Positions 9,810-20,311 of a stretch of 64,000 nucleotides of DNA are shown here, in pieces; positions within the stretch are counted from its first letter, which is position 1, and each line of letters starts with the position of its first letter. The stretch is from Brevibacterium luteolum (lineage in GTDB: Bacteria > Actinomycetota > Actinomycetes > Actinomycetales > Brevibacteriaceae). Location of the stretch: NCBI RefSeq assembly GCF_013004595.1, contig NZ_JABEMC010000001.1, positions 310,001 through 374,000 on the forward strand. The letters run 5' to 3'. The position numbers and the translations under genes were made by a program. The notes beneath the pieces were generated by a model. It saw only the letters and a list, made by a program, of their open reading frames with translations, made no database searches and was not told where the DNA came from.

Positions 9810-11150
9810 ATGACCTCGCAGAACCTGACAGCCTCCCAGCAGCTCTTCGACCGGGCGCTGACCGTCACCCCCGGTGGCGTCAACTCACCGGTCAGGGCTT
9901 TCGGAGCTGTCGGCGGCACCCCGCGCTTTATCGACTCGGCACAGGGTGCGACGCTGCGCGATGTCGACGGCAACGACTACGTCGACCTCATCGGCTCCTG
10001 GGGGCCGATGATCCTCGGTCACGCCCACCCGCAGGTGCTCGCCGCCGTCACCGAGGCCGCGCAGAAGGGATTCTCCTTCGGCACCCCGTCGGCCAATGAG
10101 GTGGCGCTGGCTGAGGAGATCGTCTCCCGTGTCGAACCGGTCGACGAGGTCCGCCTCGTGTCCTCGGGCACCGAGGCGACGATGTCGGCGATCCGCCTGG
10201 CCCGCGGCTTCACCGGCCGGGCGAAGGTCGTGAAGTTCGCCGGCTGCTACCACGGGCACGTCGACGCGCTGCTGGCCGCCGCCGGCTCCGGACTGGCGAC
10301 CTTCTCCCTGCCCGACACCCCCGGTGTCACCGGCGCAAGCGCGGCCGACACGATCGTGCTGCCCTACAACGACCCAGACGCCCTGGCTGCCGCGTTCGCC
10401 GAGCACGGTCAGGACATCGCCTGCGTCATCACCGAAGCCAGCCCCGGCAATATGGGTGTCGTGCCCCCGCGTGACGGCTTCACCCAGATGATCAGGTCGC
10501 TCACTCGCCAGCACGGGGCACTCATGATCTCCGATGAGGTCATGACCGGCTTCCGCGTCTCCGCAGCCGGCTGGTACGGCTACGAATCCGCAACCGCCGG
10601 CTACCCCGAAGGCCCCGCCGACCTGTTCACCTTCGGCAAGGTCATGGGCGGCGGCTTCCCGGCCGCAGCCTTCGGCGGCCGCGCCGAGGTCATGCAGCAC
10701 CTCGCCCCGGCAGGCCCGGTCTACCAGGCCGGCACGCTGTCGGGGAACCCGGTCGCCACAGCCGCCGGAATCACCACGCTTAAGCTCACCACCGAACTCG
10801 ACGTCTACTCCCACCTCGAGCGCGCCGCCGACATCCTCCGCCCAGCCGTCAGCGAGGCGCTCACCGCCGCCGGTGTGCCGCACCGGATCCAGAGCGCGAA
10901 CTCGATGTTCTCGGTGTTCTTCACCGACCGCGAGGTGCGCAGCTACGACGACGCCCGCGCCCAGGACTCCGCCGCCTACGGGGCGTTCTTCACCAGCATG
11001 CTCGAATCCGGCATCCACCTGCCCCCGAGCGCCTTCGAAGCCTGGTTCCTGTCCCTGGCCCACACCGACGAGGTGCTCGAGCGGATCATCGCCGCCCTGC
11101 CAGCCGCCGCCTCGGCCGCGGCCGCCCACAGCGCAGGAGAGAAGGCATGA
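9810..11150 (+). CDS. hemL: Glutamate-1-semialdehyde 2,1-aminomutase
   Basis: [55 protein letters not shown]. Confidence 0.96.
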   Translation: MTSQNLTASQQLFDRALTVTPGGVNSPVRAFGAVGGTPRFIDSAQGATLRDVDGNDYVDLIGSWGPMILGHAHPQVLAAVTEAAQKGFSFGTPSANEVALAEEIVSRVEPVDEVRLVSSGTEATMSAIRLARGFTGRAKVVKFAGCYHGHVDALLAAAGSGLATFSLPDTPGVTGASAADTIVLPYNDPDALAAAFAEHGQDIACVITEASPGNMGVVPPRDGFTQMIRSLTRQHGALMISDEVMTGFRVSAAGWYGYESATAGYPEGPADLFTFGKVMGGGFPAAAFGGRAEVMQHLAPAGPVYQAGTLSGNPVATAAGITTLKLTTELDVYSHLERAADILRPAVSEALTAAGVPHRIQSANSMFSVFFTDREVRSYDDARAQDSAAYGAFFTSMLESGIHLPPSAFEAWFLSLAHTDEVLERIIAALPAAASAAAAHSAGEKA

Positions 11151-11833
11151 GTCAGGTGCGCATCCACCTCACCCGCCACGGCGAGGTCCACAACCCCGAA
11201 AGGCTGCTCTACGGCCGGCTGCCCGGCTACGGGCTCTCATCGCGCGGCCACGAGATGGCCGGCCGGCTCGCCGAGCACTTCACCAGCCCGGACTTCGCCG
11301 TTGCGGCACTTGTGAGCTCGCCGTTGCAGCGCGCCCAGGAGACCATCGCCCCGCTCGCCGGCGCCCTGGAGATGACCCCGCGGATCGATGAGCGGGTCAT
11401 CGAGGCCGCCAACAGCTTCGAGGGCATGGTCGTCGACCGCTCGCATCTGACGCAGCCGGCCAACCTCGTGCGCCTGTACAACCCGCTGCGCCCCTCCTGG
11501 GGCGAGCCGTACCAGCAGCAGGTGATGCGCATGCGCGCCGCGATCGCCAGCCTGCGCCGCCAGCTCGAACCGCTCGCCGCAGGCGACGGCGTGGCCGGCG
11601 GCGTGGCCGGGGGAGACGGCAGCGTCGACGGCGTCATCGTCTCCCACCAGCTGCCGATCTGGGTGACCCGCCGGGCCGCTGAGGGCCAGCGGCTGTGGCA
11701 CGATCCGCGCGAACGCGAATGCGCGCTCGCCTCCGTCACCACCTTCACCTATGAGGCAGGAGAGCTCACCGGCATCGAGTACACCGATGTGTGCGCTGAT
11801 CTCCAGCCGGTCAAGGCGGTGCCCGGGGCATGA
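11147..11833 (+). CDS. Histidine phosphatase (phosphoglycerate mutase) family protein
   Basis: [26 protein letters not shown]; usual position after hemL. Confidence 0.88.
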   Translation: MSQVRIHLTRHGEVHNPERLLYGRLPGYGLSSRGHEMAGRLAEHFTSPDFAVAALVSSPLQRAQETIAPLAGALEMTPRIDERVIEAANSFEGMVVDRSHLTQPANLVRLYNPLRPSWGEPYQQQVMRMRAAIASLRRQLEPLAAGDGVAGGVAGGDGSVDGVIVSHQLPIWVTRRAAEGQRLWHDPRERECALASVTTFTYEAGELTGIEYTDVCADLQPVKAVPGA

Positions 11834-12441
11834 ATGACCAGCCCTTCGGCCGCCGTCCGCTCAGCCGGCGCGGACTGCTGACGCTGGCCGCCTCGGCCGC
11901 CGGAACGATCGTGCTCGCCGGCTGCGCGAGCGAGAACGACGAACTCGCCCAGCAAGCCGGCAGCGAACAGGGATACGTCTCCGGCTCCGGAGTCATCACC
12001 CAGGTCGCCCCCGGCGACCGAGGCGAACCGCTCGACCTCGACTTCGAGACCCTGGACGGCCAGCAGCAGTCCCTGGCCGGGCTGCGCCCGAAACTCGTCG
12101 TCATCAACCTCTGGTACGCCGCCTGTCCGCCGTGCCGCAAGGAGGCCCCGGATCTCATCGAGGTCTCCGAGACGTTCGCCGACGACACCGTGTTCCTCGG
12201 CGTCAACGTCCGCGATCAGGCAGGGGCAGCCGAGGCGTTCATCAGGAACTTCGATGTGCCGTACCCGAACATGCTCGACACCGACGGTGCGATGGTCGCC
12301 CTGCTCTCGGACATCCTGCCGCCGCAGGCCACCCCATCGACCGTCATCCTCGACACCGAGGGCCGCGCGGCCGCCCGCGCCGTCGGTGCCGTCGACGCCT
12401 CGACGCTGAGCGGGATGATCGAAGACGTGCTCGGCGAATGA
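11830..12441 (+). CDS. resA: TlpA/ResA thioredoxin-like lipoprotein for cytochrome c maturation
   Basis: LAGC lipobox, NLWYAACPPCRKEAP, ATPST; lies upstream of ccdA/resB/ccsB. Confidence 0.85.
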   Translation: MNDQPFGRRPLSRRGLLTLAASAAGTIVLAGCASENDELAQQAGSEQGYVSGSGVITQVAPGDRGEPLDLDFETLDGQQQSLAGLRPKLVVINLWYAACPPCRKEAPDLIEVSETFADDTVFLGVNVRDQAGAAEAFIRNFDVPYPNMLDTDGAMVALLSDILPPQATPSTVILDTEGRAAARAVGAVDASTLSGMIEDVLGE

Positions 12442-13202
12442 CCGATATCGGCAACACCTTCGCCCAGACGATCCTCGACGGGCCGCTGCTCATCGCGATG
12501 CTCGTCGCCGCGCTCGCTGGCGCGGTGTCCTTCGCCTCCCCGTGCGTGCTGCCGCTCGTGCCCGGCTACATCGGGTACGTCACCGGGCTGACCGGCACCT
12601 CGATCGAGGACAAGCGCACCTCGACGGTGCTCGGAGGAGTCGCCCTCTTCGTCCTCGGCTTCGCCGTCGTCTTCGTCGCCCTCGGCACCGCCTTCTCCGG
12701 GCTCGGCGCTGCAGCGGGGGAGTGGATCGGCCTGCTCACCCGGATCATGGGCGCTGTCGTCATCATCGCCGGCATCGTATTCATGGGCGGCTTCGGCTGG
12801 CTGCAGCGCGACCGCCGGCTTCAGAAGAAGCCCAAGGCCGGACTGTGGGGCGCACCCGTGCTCGGGGCGACCTTCGCGCTCGGCTGGGCGCCGTGCATCG
12901 GCCCGACCCTGGCCGCTGTGCTCGCCCTGTCCACCGGTTTCGGCGCTGAGGGGCAGGTGTGGCGCGGCACGCTGCTGACCTTCGTCTACTGCCTCGGCCT
13001 CGGCATCCCGTTCCTCATCGTCGCCTTCCTCCTCCACCGCGGCGCCGGCCGGCTGGCCTGGGTGCGCGAACACCAGCAGACGATCGTGCGGACCGGGGGG
13101 ATCATGCTCATCCTGCTCGGCCTGCTGCTCGTCACCGGTGTGTGGAACGCGTGGATCCAGCAGCTGCAGGGCACCATCGGCGACTTCGACCTGCTGATCT
13201 GA
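12438..13202 (+). CDS. ccdA: Cytochrome c biogenesis protein CcdA
   Basis: SFASPCVLPLVPGY and GWAPCIGP motifs, about six TM segments. ATG 12438 overlaps the upstream stop. Confidence 0.92.
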   Translation: MTDIGNTFAQTILDGPLLIAMLVAALAGAVSFASPCVLPLVPGYIGYVTGLTGTSIEDKRTSTVLGGVALFVLGFAVVFVALGTAFSGLGAAAGEWIGLLTRIMGAVVIIAGIVFMGGFGWLQRDRRLQKKPKAGLWGAPVLGATFALGWAPCIGPTLAAVLALSTGFGAEGQVWRGTLLTFVYCLGLGIPFLIVAFLLHRGAGRLAWVREHQQTIVRTGGIMLILLGLLLVTGVWNAWIQQLQGTIGDFDLLI

Positions 13203-13235
13203 CGGCCCCGACCATCTGCCACACTTGACGAGGAT

Positions 13236-14789
13236 ATGAGTACGAAGACCGCGAAACCCGCCCCGCCCGACATCGGCGCACTCGGCATGCTGCGCTGGGC
13301 CTGGCGGCAGCTGACGACGATGCGCACCGCACTCATCCTGCTGCTCATCCTCGCCCTCGCCTCGATCCCCGGATCCCTGCTGCCCCAGCGCATCCAGGAC
13401 CCCGCCCAAGTCACCCAGTACATCGAGGACAACCCGCGGATCGGCCCGTTCCTCGACGCCGTGCAGCTCTTCGACGTCTACGCCTCCGTGTGGTTCGCCG
13501 CGATCTACATCCTGCTCATGGTCTCGCTCGTCGGCTGTGTGCTGCCGCGCAGCAAGCAGCACTACAAGGCGATGCGCCAAGCCCCGCCACCGGCGCCGCG
13601 CCGGCTGTCCCGGATGCCCGGCTACCAGGCCTTCACCGCCTCGGGCACGGCCGAGGACATGCTCACCGCCGCCGAGGCGAGGCTGAAGAAGCTCGGCTAC
13701 CGCACCACCCGGCGCGGCGACGCAGTCTCAGCTGAGCGCGGCTACCTCCGCGAGACCGGCAACCTGCTCTTCCACATCTGTCTGCTCGGCGTCACCGTCA
13801 CGATGGCGGTCGGCGCGCTCATCGGGTATTCCGGCCAGCGCATCCTCGTCGAAGGCGAGACCTTCACCAACTCGCTCGTCGCCTACGACTCCTTCGAACC
13901 TGGCTCGTACTTCTCCGCCGACCGGCTCGACGACTACCGGCTGCGGCTCAACAGCTTCGATGCCAGCTTCGACGACACCGCAGCCGGCAACCAGTTCGGC
14001 CAGCCGCGCGCGTTCAACGCCGACGTCACCACCATCCAGCACGGCCAGGAGACCGACCACAGCCTGCGGGTCAACGAACCGATCCGGATCGACGGCTCCC
14101 GGGTCTACCTCACCGGCAACGGCTACGCCCCGGTCATCACCGTGCGCAACGGTGAGGGCAACGTCACCTACTCAGGACCCGTCGTGTTCCTGCCGCAGGA
14201 CGGCGTCTACACCTCCCGCGGGGTCGTCAAGGTTCCTGATGCCAGCCCCGATCAGCTCGGCTTCGTCGGCATCCTGCTGCCGACCGCCTCACAGAACGAA
14301 AAGGGCGAACTCGTCTCCCAGTTCGCCGAACTGCGCAACCCCTACCTCGTGATGAACGTCTTCGCCGGCGACCTCGGCCTCGATGCCGGCATCGCCCAGT
14401 CGGTCTACGAACTCGACACCGACAACCTCGACCAGCTCGCCGGGCCCGATGGGCAGCCGCTGCAGCTGTATCTCAAGCCCGGGGAGACCGCCGAGCTGCC
14501 CGATGGGCTCGGCAGCGTCGAACTCGAAGAGATCAAACGTTACGTCGCGCTCGACGTCCGCCACGACCCCACCCAGGGGGTCATGCTCGTCTTCACCATC
14601 TTCCTGCTCGCCGGCCTCGGGCTCTCCCTGTTCGTGCCGCGCCGGCGCATGTGGGTCCGTGCCGCCGACACCGACGACGGCGTCGCCACCGAGGTCGCCT
14701 CCCTGGCCCGTGGAGAGGACCCGCGGGTGGTGCAGGCGGCTGAGAGCCTTGCAGTAGAATTGAACAACTCACCCAGTCGAAAGGCATGA
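13236..14789 (+). CDS. resB: Cytochrome c biogenesis protein ResB
   Basis: WRQLTTMRTALILL, GCVLPR, RETGNLLFH, RVNEP, YLTGNGYAP, PRRRMWV. Confidence 0.92.
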   Translation: MSTKTAKPAPPDIGALGMLRWAWRQLTTMRTALILLLILALASIPGSLLPQRIQDPAQVTQYIEDNPRIGPFLDAVQLFDVYASVWFAAIYILLMVSLVGCVLPRSKQHYKAMRQAPPPAPRRLSRMPGYQAFTASGTAEDMLTAAEARLKKLGYRTTRRGDAVSAERGYLRETGNLLFHICLLGVTVTMAVGALIGYSGQRILVEGETFTNSLVAYDSFEPGSYFSADRLDDYRLRLNSFDASFDDTAAGNQFGQPRAFNADVTTIQHGQETDHSLRVNEPIRIDGSRVYLTGNGYAPVITVRNGEGNVTYSGPVVFLPQDGVYTSRGVVKVPDASPDQLGFVGILLPTASQNEKGELVSQFAELRNPYLVMNVFAGDLGLDAGIAQSVYELDTDNLDQLAGPDGQPLQLYLKPGETAELPDGLGSVELEEIKRYVALDVRHDPTQGVMLVFTIFLLAGLGLSLFVPRRRMWVRAADTDDGVATEVASLARGEDPRVVQAAESLAVELNNSPSRKA

Positions 14790-15868
14790 CCTCCATGGAC
14801 GTCAACGTCACGCTTGCGACGTGGTCGAATCTCCTGATCTACTCGGCGATGGCCGTGTACGCGATCGCCTTCCTCCTCTACTCCAGCGACCTGTTCGCCG
14901 GCCGCACCCTGGCCAGCAGCGGGAAGCAGACCGCATCCGGCAGGGCCGGTGCGAAGACGAACGCGAAGGCCGGAACGCCGGTGCGCACCTCACGCAACTC
15001 CTCCGTCGCCGTCCTCGACCGCGAGGACGACGCCGAGACTGCTGATGCAGGGGCAGCAGAGGCTGAGACCGGCGGGCCCGAGGAGAAGGCGACCGGCGCC
15101 TCGGGAACGGCCGGACGCCGCACCGCCGCCCGCATGGCGACCGCACTGACGGTGCTCGCGACCGGCCTGCACGTGGCCGCCGTGCTCACCCGCGCGCTCT
15201 CGGTCACCCGCGTGCCGTGGGGCAACATGATGGAGTACGCGCTCACCGCCTCCGCACTCGCCGTGCTCGTCTACATCGTCGTGCTGTACTTCGCCGACAT
15301 CCGCTACCTCGGCACCTTCGTCGCCGGTGGCGCGCTTGTGACCCTGGGCCTGTGCATCACCGTCTTCTACACCCCGGCCGCGCAGCTCGTGCCGGCGCTG
15401 CAGTCGTACTGGATCTGGATCCACGTGCCGATCGCGATCCTCTCGACCGCACTGCTGAGCGTCTCGGCGATCCTCGCGATCTTCCAGATCCTCAAGGCCC
15501 GCACCGAGAAGAAGGACACCGTCACCGGGCTTGCGCGCATGTTCAACCGGGTGTCGGCCAGCGAGGCTGTCGAGCAGCTGTCCTACCGGATCGCCGCCGT
15601 CGGATTCGTCACCTGGACGTTCACCGTCATCGCCGGCGCGATCTGGGCTGAGGTCGCCTGGGGCCGCCCGTGGGGCTGGGACGCCAAGGAGATCTGGTCA
15701 TTCGTCGTCTGGGTCGTCTACGCCGCCTACCTCCACGCACGCGCGACCCGCGGCTGGTCAGCCACCCAGGTGGCCGTGCTCAACATCGTCGGCTTCTCCA
15801 GCCTCATCTTCAACTTCGCCATCGTCAACGTCTACTTCGACGGCCTGCACTCCTACTCCGGGCTGTGA
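14786..15868 (+). CDS. ccsB: c-type cytochrome biogenesis protein CcsB/ResC
   Basis: RVPWGNMME, LQSYWIWIHV, WWD motif GAIWAEVAWGRPWGWDAKE, terminal GLHSYSGL. Confidence 0.95.
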   Translation: MTSMDVNVTLATWSNLLIYSAMAVYAIAFLLYSSDLFAGRTLASSGKQTASGRAGAKTNAKAGTPVRTSRNSSVAVLDREDDAETADAGAAEAETGGPEEKATGASGTAGRRTAARMATALTVLATGLHVAAVLTRALSVTRVPWGNMMEYALTASALAVLVYIVVLYFADIRYLGTFVAGGALVTLGLCITVFYTPAAQLVPALQSYWIWIHVPIAILSTALLSVSAILAIFQILKARTEKKDTVTGLARMFNRVSASEAVEQLSYRIAAVGFVTWTFTVIAGAIWAEVAWGRPWGWDAKEIWSFVVWVVYAAYLHARATRGWSATQVAVLNIVGFSSLIFNFAIVNVYFDGLHSYSGL

Positions 15869-15892
15869 TCGGCCGTGGCGTGAGCTGAATGC

Positions 15893-15928
15893 AATGATCC
15901 GCAGGACCCCACGGTCCTGCGGATCATT
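15893..15928. terminator. Bidirectional terminator between convergent genes
   Basis: Perfect 16-bp stem AATGATCCGCAGGACC / GGTCCTGCGGATCATT with a 4-nt loop. Confidence 0.8.
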
Positions 15929-15939
15929 CTTCTGTCTGC

Positions 15940-16533
15940 TTATGATGAGCGGCCGTTGGCGGAGTTGGCGCCGTTCTCGCCGCTCTCCGGGTGATCGTCC
16001 GGGGTTTCGCCGGCGGCGCGCTCCTCGCGTTCGCGTTCGGCCAGCCAGCGCTCGAACTGCTCGTGCGGGCTCAGCTCCTCTTCCGGGGCCTCCGGCTCGG
16101 CTGCCGGTTCGGACGCCGGCCGTGTGGCCGGATTTTCAGCGGGCTCGGGTGTGGCCGATGCGTCCATGTCCTCCTGCGACTGGGCCCGGGTGCCGTGCGC
16201 TGCAGCAGTGCTGCCGGTGGACTTGCGGCGGCGCTCAAGCTCCTCACGGCGCTTGCGGCGCTCAGCCTGCTCGACCTCATCGGCGATCTTCTGCAGATAG
16301 TCCGGATCGTCATCCGGGGCGACCGGGCCAGCAGAGCGACGCTGGCCGAAACTGGAACGGCCGAACAGGAACCACAGCAGCAACCCGAAGACCGGCACGA
16401 AGAGGATGACGAGCAGCCAGCCCCATTTGGGCAGGACTCGAATGTGGGCGCGGTCGCGGACGACGCAGTCGAAGAAGCTGTACAGCGTGACAGCGACGAG
16501 AATCAGTGCGGCGGCTACCAGAATCCTTGTCAT
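15940..16533 (-). CDS. PLD nuclease N-terminal (PLDc_N) domain membrane protein
   Basis: YSFFDC...LPKWGWLLVILFVPVFGLLLWFLFGR and APDDDPDYL; charged low-complexity tail. Confidence 0.8.
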   Translation of the reverse strand: MTRILVAAALILVAVTLYSFFDCVVRDRAHIRVLPKWGWLLVILFVPVFGLLLWFLFGRSSFGQRRSAGPVAPDDDPDYLQKIADEVEQAERRKRREELERRRKSTGSTAAAHGTRAQSQEDMDASATPEPAENPATRPASEPAAEPEAPEEELSPHEQFERWLAEREREERAAGETPDDHPESGENGANSANGRSS

Positions 16534-16669
16534 ATTGCCTATCAGGATAGTCGATCGGCGCAGGCGGACGGAAACGACCCAGCGTCTCAGATGCGGCCTC
16601 TCAGCGCGGACTCAGGTGCGCCTCCCGCGTGCGGGACGGACCGTCGGCACCGGTACACTGGTGGGCATC

Positions 16670-16966
16670 ATGCGTGACTATCTGATGTACCTGCTTGCCC
16701 GCCTCGCTGTGCTCATGGGCACGATCGTCGTCGTCTGGTGGATCGCGGGCCCCGGCCTCATCTCGACGATCGCGGCGATCATCATCTCCGCTCTCATCAG
16801 CTATCTGGCGCTCAGGCCGCTGCGCGATTCGGCGACCGGTTCGCTCATCGCCTGGCAGGAGCGCCGCCGGGCCCGCAGCGGGAAGGTCAAGGCGCGCACC
16901 GTGAAGAAGGGCAGCGACGAGGACCTGGAGGACCGGGAACTCGACCGCAGAGATCCTGACCGCTGA
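16670..16966 (+). CDS. DUF4229-like small membrane protein
   Basis: MRDYLMYLLARL...AIIISALISYLALRPLRD...DEDLED, two TM segments; usual neighbour of menA. Confidence 0.75.
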   Translation: MRDYLMYLLARLAVLMGTIVVVWWIAGPGLISTIAAIIISALISYLALRPLRDSATGSLIAWQERRRARSGKVKARTVKKGSDEDLEDRELDRRDPDR

Positions 16967-16996
16967 CGTCTTCTGGCCCAACAGCCGTCTGCACGC

Positions 16997-17932
16997 CTAC
17001 AGTGCCAGGCCGAGCGCCAGCAGCGCCGCATAGGCCAGTGCCGCCAGCCCCGTGTGCTTGATCGGCGGGATGAGTGCTGTGCCCTCCGAACCGGAGAGCA
17101 CCACCTGCAGGGGTGAGATCGTGAGCACCAGCGACAGCGCTGCGAGCACCGCAGCCGGATGTCCGGTGAGAATCGGTACGAGCAGCAGCGCATACGGGAT
17201 GAACACGAGCAGCGTGTAGGCAAGCCTGGCCCGCTTCTCACCCAGCAGCACCGCTAAAGTCAGTTTGTCGGCCTGCCGGTCGGTGGGGATGTCGCGCAGG
17301 TTGTTGACCATGAGCACCGCGCAGGCGAACAGCCCGATCGCGACGGCACCGGCGATCGCGGCCGCTGAGATCGTCGAGACGAGCGCATAGGTCGTCCCGA
17401 GCGTGGCGACGAGGCCGAAGAAGATGAAGACGAACAGCTCGCCCATCGCCCGGTAGCCGTACGGCTTCGAACCGCCGGTGTAGAACCAGGCCGCCCAGAT
17501 CGCGGCGGCACCGACCGGGATGAGCCACCACGCCTGGGAGATGATGACGAGGATCGCACCGGCGGCCACAGCGACGCCGAAGCTGATGAATGCCGCCCCC
17601 TTCACCGCCTCGGGCGCAGCTGCCCCGGAGGCGGTCAGCCGCAGTGGTCCGACTCGCACGTCGTCGGTGCCGCGCACGCCGTCGGAGTAGTCATTGGCGT
17701 AGTTCGACCCGATCTGCAGGGCCAGGGACACGATGAGTGCCAGCGCCGCCTTCAGCAGCAGGAACGACAGTGAGACATCAGGGTCCGGGTCGTCGAGCAT
17801 GCTGCCGATGACGAGGGCCGACAGACCGCCGAGCACACCGAGCGCGGCTCCGGTCCCCAGCAGCACGGGGGCGACAGCCAGCGGCAGGGTGCGCAGCCGA
17901 GCTCCCTCGACCCACTGCTGGAAGGTTGCCAT
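16997..17932 (-). CDS. menA: 1,4-dihydroxy-2-naphthoate polyprenyltransferase
   Basis: GARLRTLP, NYANDYSDGVRGTD, YTGGSKPYGY, NNLRDIPTD. Confidence 0.95.
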   Translation of the reverse strand: MATFQQWVEGARLRTLPLAVAPVLLGTGAALGVLGGLSALVIGSMLDDPDPDVSLSFLLLKAALALIVSLALQIGSNYANDYSDGVRGTDDVRVGPLRLTASGAAAPEAVKGAAFISFGVAVAAGAILVIISQAWWLIPVGAAAIWAAWFYTGGSKPYGYRAMGELFVFIFFGLVATLGTTYALVSTISAAAIAGAVAIGLFACAVLMVNNLRDIPTDRQADKLTLAVLLGEKRARLAYTLLVFIPYALLLVPILTGHPAAVLAALSLVLTISPLQVVLSGSEGTALIPPIKHTGLAALAYAALLALGLAL

Positions 17933-18064
17933 CGACGTCCTCAATGTCTAACAGATCATGCCATGGTCAGTGCGCTGGCCAGCAGTTTCGCTGGCCGCAG
18001 ACCAGTCTAGTCTGCCACTGCGTCAGGCCGTTTCCCAATGCGGCGCATCACAACTCGGTTGCAG

Positions 18065-19315
18065 TCAGGTGCGCTCGGCCAGCCCGAGACGCTCAACCAG
18101 CTGGCGGCGCAGGGCGCGCCTGTCCGGTTTGCCCAGACCGGTCGCCGGCAGCGCATCGAGTTCGACCGCATAGACCGGCCGGTGCAGGCTCGGCAGGTCC
18201 GGCACCGAGGCGGTGAGCTGCTCGGCGAGCGCGCGTGCGGTGGCGACAGGGCCGCCGTCAGTCGTGCCGGGACGGTCAGTGACGATCGCGCAGGCGAGCA
18301 CCTCACCCCATTCGGCATCCGGCACGCCGGTGATGAGCACCTCGCGGACGCCAGCGGCTTCGAGGGCGGCAAGCAGCGTGTTCTCGACGGCCAGCGGGCT
18401 GATGTTCTCCCCACCGGAGATGACGACGTCATCGGCCCTGCCGAGGACGCTCAGCACCCCGTCGGTGATCGTCCCCAGATCGCTGGTGACGAACCGGCGG
18501 GCCCCGTCGTCACCGGTGGTGAACCCGCTGCCGGCCACCTCCTCGGGATCGGGGAGTGCGCGCAGCCGACCGCCGGTGACATCGACATAGCCGTCGGCGA
18601 GCACATCGCCGGCCAGCACCACCCGGCCGGTGTCGTCGATGCTGATGTCGACGTCTGCGAAGGGGACCCCGTCGTAGACGCAGCCCCCGCAGGTCTCGCT
18701 CATCCCGTAGGTGCGCACGATGTTCAGGCCGGCTGATGCGGCGCGGGCGAGCAGGCTGGGGGAGATCGCCGCCCCGCCGAGCAGGATCGCGTCGAAGGAG
18801 CGCGCGAGCTCAGCGGCGACCGGATCGGCCATGATGCGGGTGAGCTGGGTGGGCACGAGCGCGGTGTAGAGCGGTCCGGGCGGGCCGGATGAGGCGATTA
18901 TGTGCAGGGCCGCCTCCTGCAGCGCCATGACATCGGCGCTGAAGGACTGCGCGGTGAACGACCCGCGGGCGGCGAAGGGCACCGTCTGGGCCTGCAGCGA
19001 GCGCAGCACCACCTGCGTGCCGGCGATGTGGTTGACCGGCAGCGCCAGGTACCAGCGGCCGGGCCCGCCGAGGATTCCCTCGGTCGCCCGCGCCGAGGCG
19101 GTGAGTGCCTGAGCAGAAAGCGCCACTCCCTTGGCCGGCCCAGTGGTGCCCGAGGTGTGCACGACGAGGGCCGGGGGTCTGCGGCCGGTGCCGGCGTCGT
19201 CATAGCGGTGCGGGTCGATGACCGAGACCTGCCCGTCGCGGGTGGGCGGCAGCACGACGGTGTGCGCGCCTGTCATCGCCCGGCGCAGCAGTTCGGCGAG
19301 TTCGGTGTGGTCCAT
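18065..19315 (-). CDS. menE: o-succinylbenzoate--CoA ligase (short actinobacterial type)
   Basis: TSGTTGPAKG, HIAG, LVPTQL, TYGMSETCGGCVYDG, GRADDVVISGGENI; directly downstream of menB. Confidence 0.88.
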   Translation of the reverse strand: MDHTELAELLRRAMTGAHTVVLPPTRDGQVSVIDPHRYDDAGTGRRPPALVVHTSGTTGPAKGVALSAQALTASARATEGILGGPGRWYLALPVNHIAGTQVVLRSLQAQTVPFAARGSFTAQSFSADVMALQEAALHIIASSGPPGPLYTALVPTQLTRIMADPVAAELARSFDAILLGGAAISPSLLARAASAGLNIVRTYGMSETCGGCVYDGVPFADVDISIDDTGRVVLAGDVLADGYVDVTGGRLRALPDPEEVAGSGFTTGDDGARRFVTSDLGTITDGVLSVLGRADDVVISGGENISPLAVENTLLAALEAAGVREVLITGVPDAEWGEVLACAIVTDRPGTTDGGPVATARALAEQLTASVPDLPSLHRPVYAVELDALPATGLGKPDRRALRRQLVERLGLAERT

Positions 19316-19334
19316 CGAGCGGGCCCTCACCGGC

Positions 19335-20252
19335 TCAGTAGTACCAGGGGAACGGCGACCAGTCCGGGTCGCGCTTCTCCAAGAACGCATCCCGGCCCTC
19401 GACGGCCTCATCGGTCATATAGCCGAGGCGGGTGGCCTCACCGGCGAAGACCTGCTGGCCGACGAGACCGTCGTCGACGAGGTTGAAGGCGAACTTCAGC
19501 ATCCGCTGGGCGTTCGGGGACTTGCCGAGGATCTCGCTGGCCATCGTCAGGGCCGCGTTTTCGAGCTCGGCATGGTCGACGACCTCGTTGACCGCGCCCA
19601 TCTCGGCCATCTCCTGGGCGGAGTAGGTGCGGCCGAGGAAGAAGATCTCCCGGGCCCGCTTCTGCCCGACCATCTTCGCCAGATACGCCGAACCGTAGCC
19701 GGCATCATAGGAGCCGACGTCGGCGTCGGTCTGCTTGAACTTCGCATGCTCACGCGAGGCGATCGTCATATCGCACACGACGTGCAGGCTGTGCCCGCCG
19801 CCTGCCGCCCAGCCGGGAACGACGGCGATGACGATCTTGGGCATCGTGCGGATGAGCCGCTGGACTTCGAGGATGTGCAGGCGCCCGGCGCGCGCCGGGT
19901 CGACGGTCTCGGCGGTCTCGCCAGCGGCGTACTGGTAGCCGGAGCGGCCGCGGATACGCTGGTCGCCGCCGGAGCAGAACGCCCAGCCGCCGTCCTTCTC
20001 GCTCGGGCCGTTGCCGGTCAGCAGCACACAGCCGACGTCGGGAGTCTGCCGGGCGTGGTCGAGTGCGCGGTAAAGCTCATCGACGGTGTGCGGACGGAAG
20101 GCATTGCGCACCTCGGGCCGGTCGAAAGCGATGCGCACACAGCCGATGTCGGCACCGTCGGCGTCGATGGCGCGGTGGTAGGTGATGTCGGTGAAGTCGA
20201 AGCCGGGGACCGCACGCCAGCGGCTGGGGTCGAAGATCTCAGAGACAGACAT
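19335..20252 (-). CDS. menB: 1,4-dihydroxy-2-naphthoyl-CoA synthase
   Basis: RPEVRNAFRP, FCSGGDQRIRG, AAGGGHSLHVVCD, GSYDAGYG. Confidence 0.97.
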   Translation of the reverse strand: MSVSEIFDPSRWRAVPGFDFTDITYHRAIDADGADIGCVRIAFDRPEVRNAFRPHTVDELYRALDHARQTPDVGCVLLTGNGPSEKDGGWAFCSGGDQRIRGRSGYQYAAGETAETVDPARAGRLHILEVQRLIRTMPKIVIAVVPGWAAGGGHSLHVVCDMTIASREHAKFKQTDADVGSYDAGYGSAYLAKMVGQKRAREIFFLGRTYSAQEMAEMGAVNEVVDHAELENAALTMASEILGKSPNAQRMLKFAFNLVDDGLVGQQVFAGEATRLGYMTDEAVEGRDAFLEKRDPDWSPFPWYY

Positions 20253-20311
20253 GTCCTAACCCTAACGCTTGGGCCCGTCGCAGGTGCCGGTGCGCGGCGT
20301 AGTGTGGAGGC

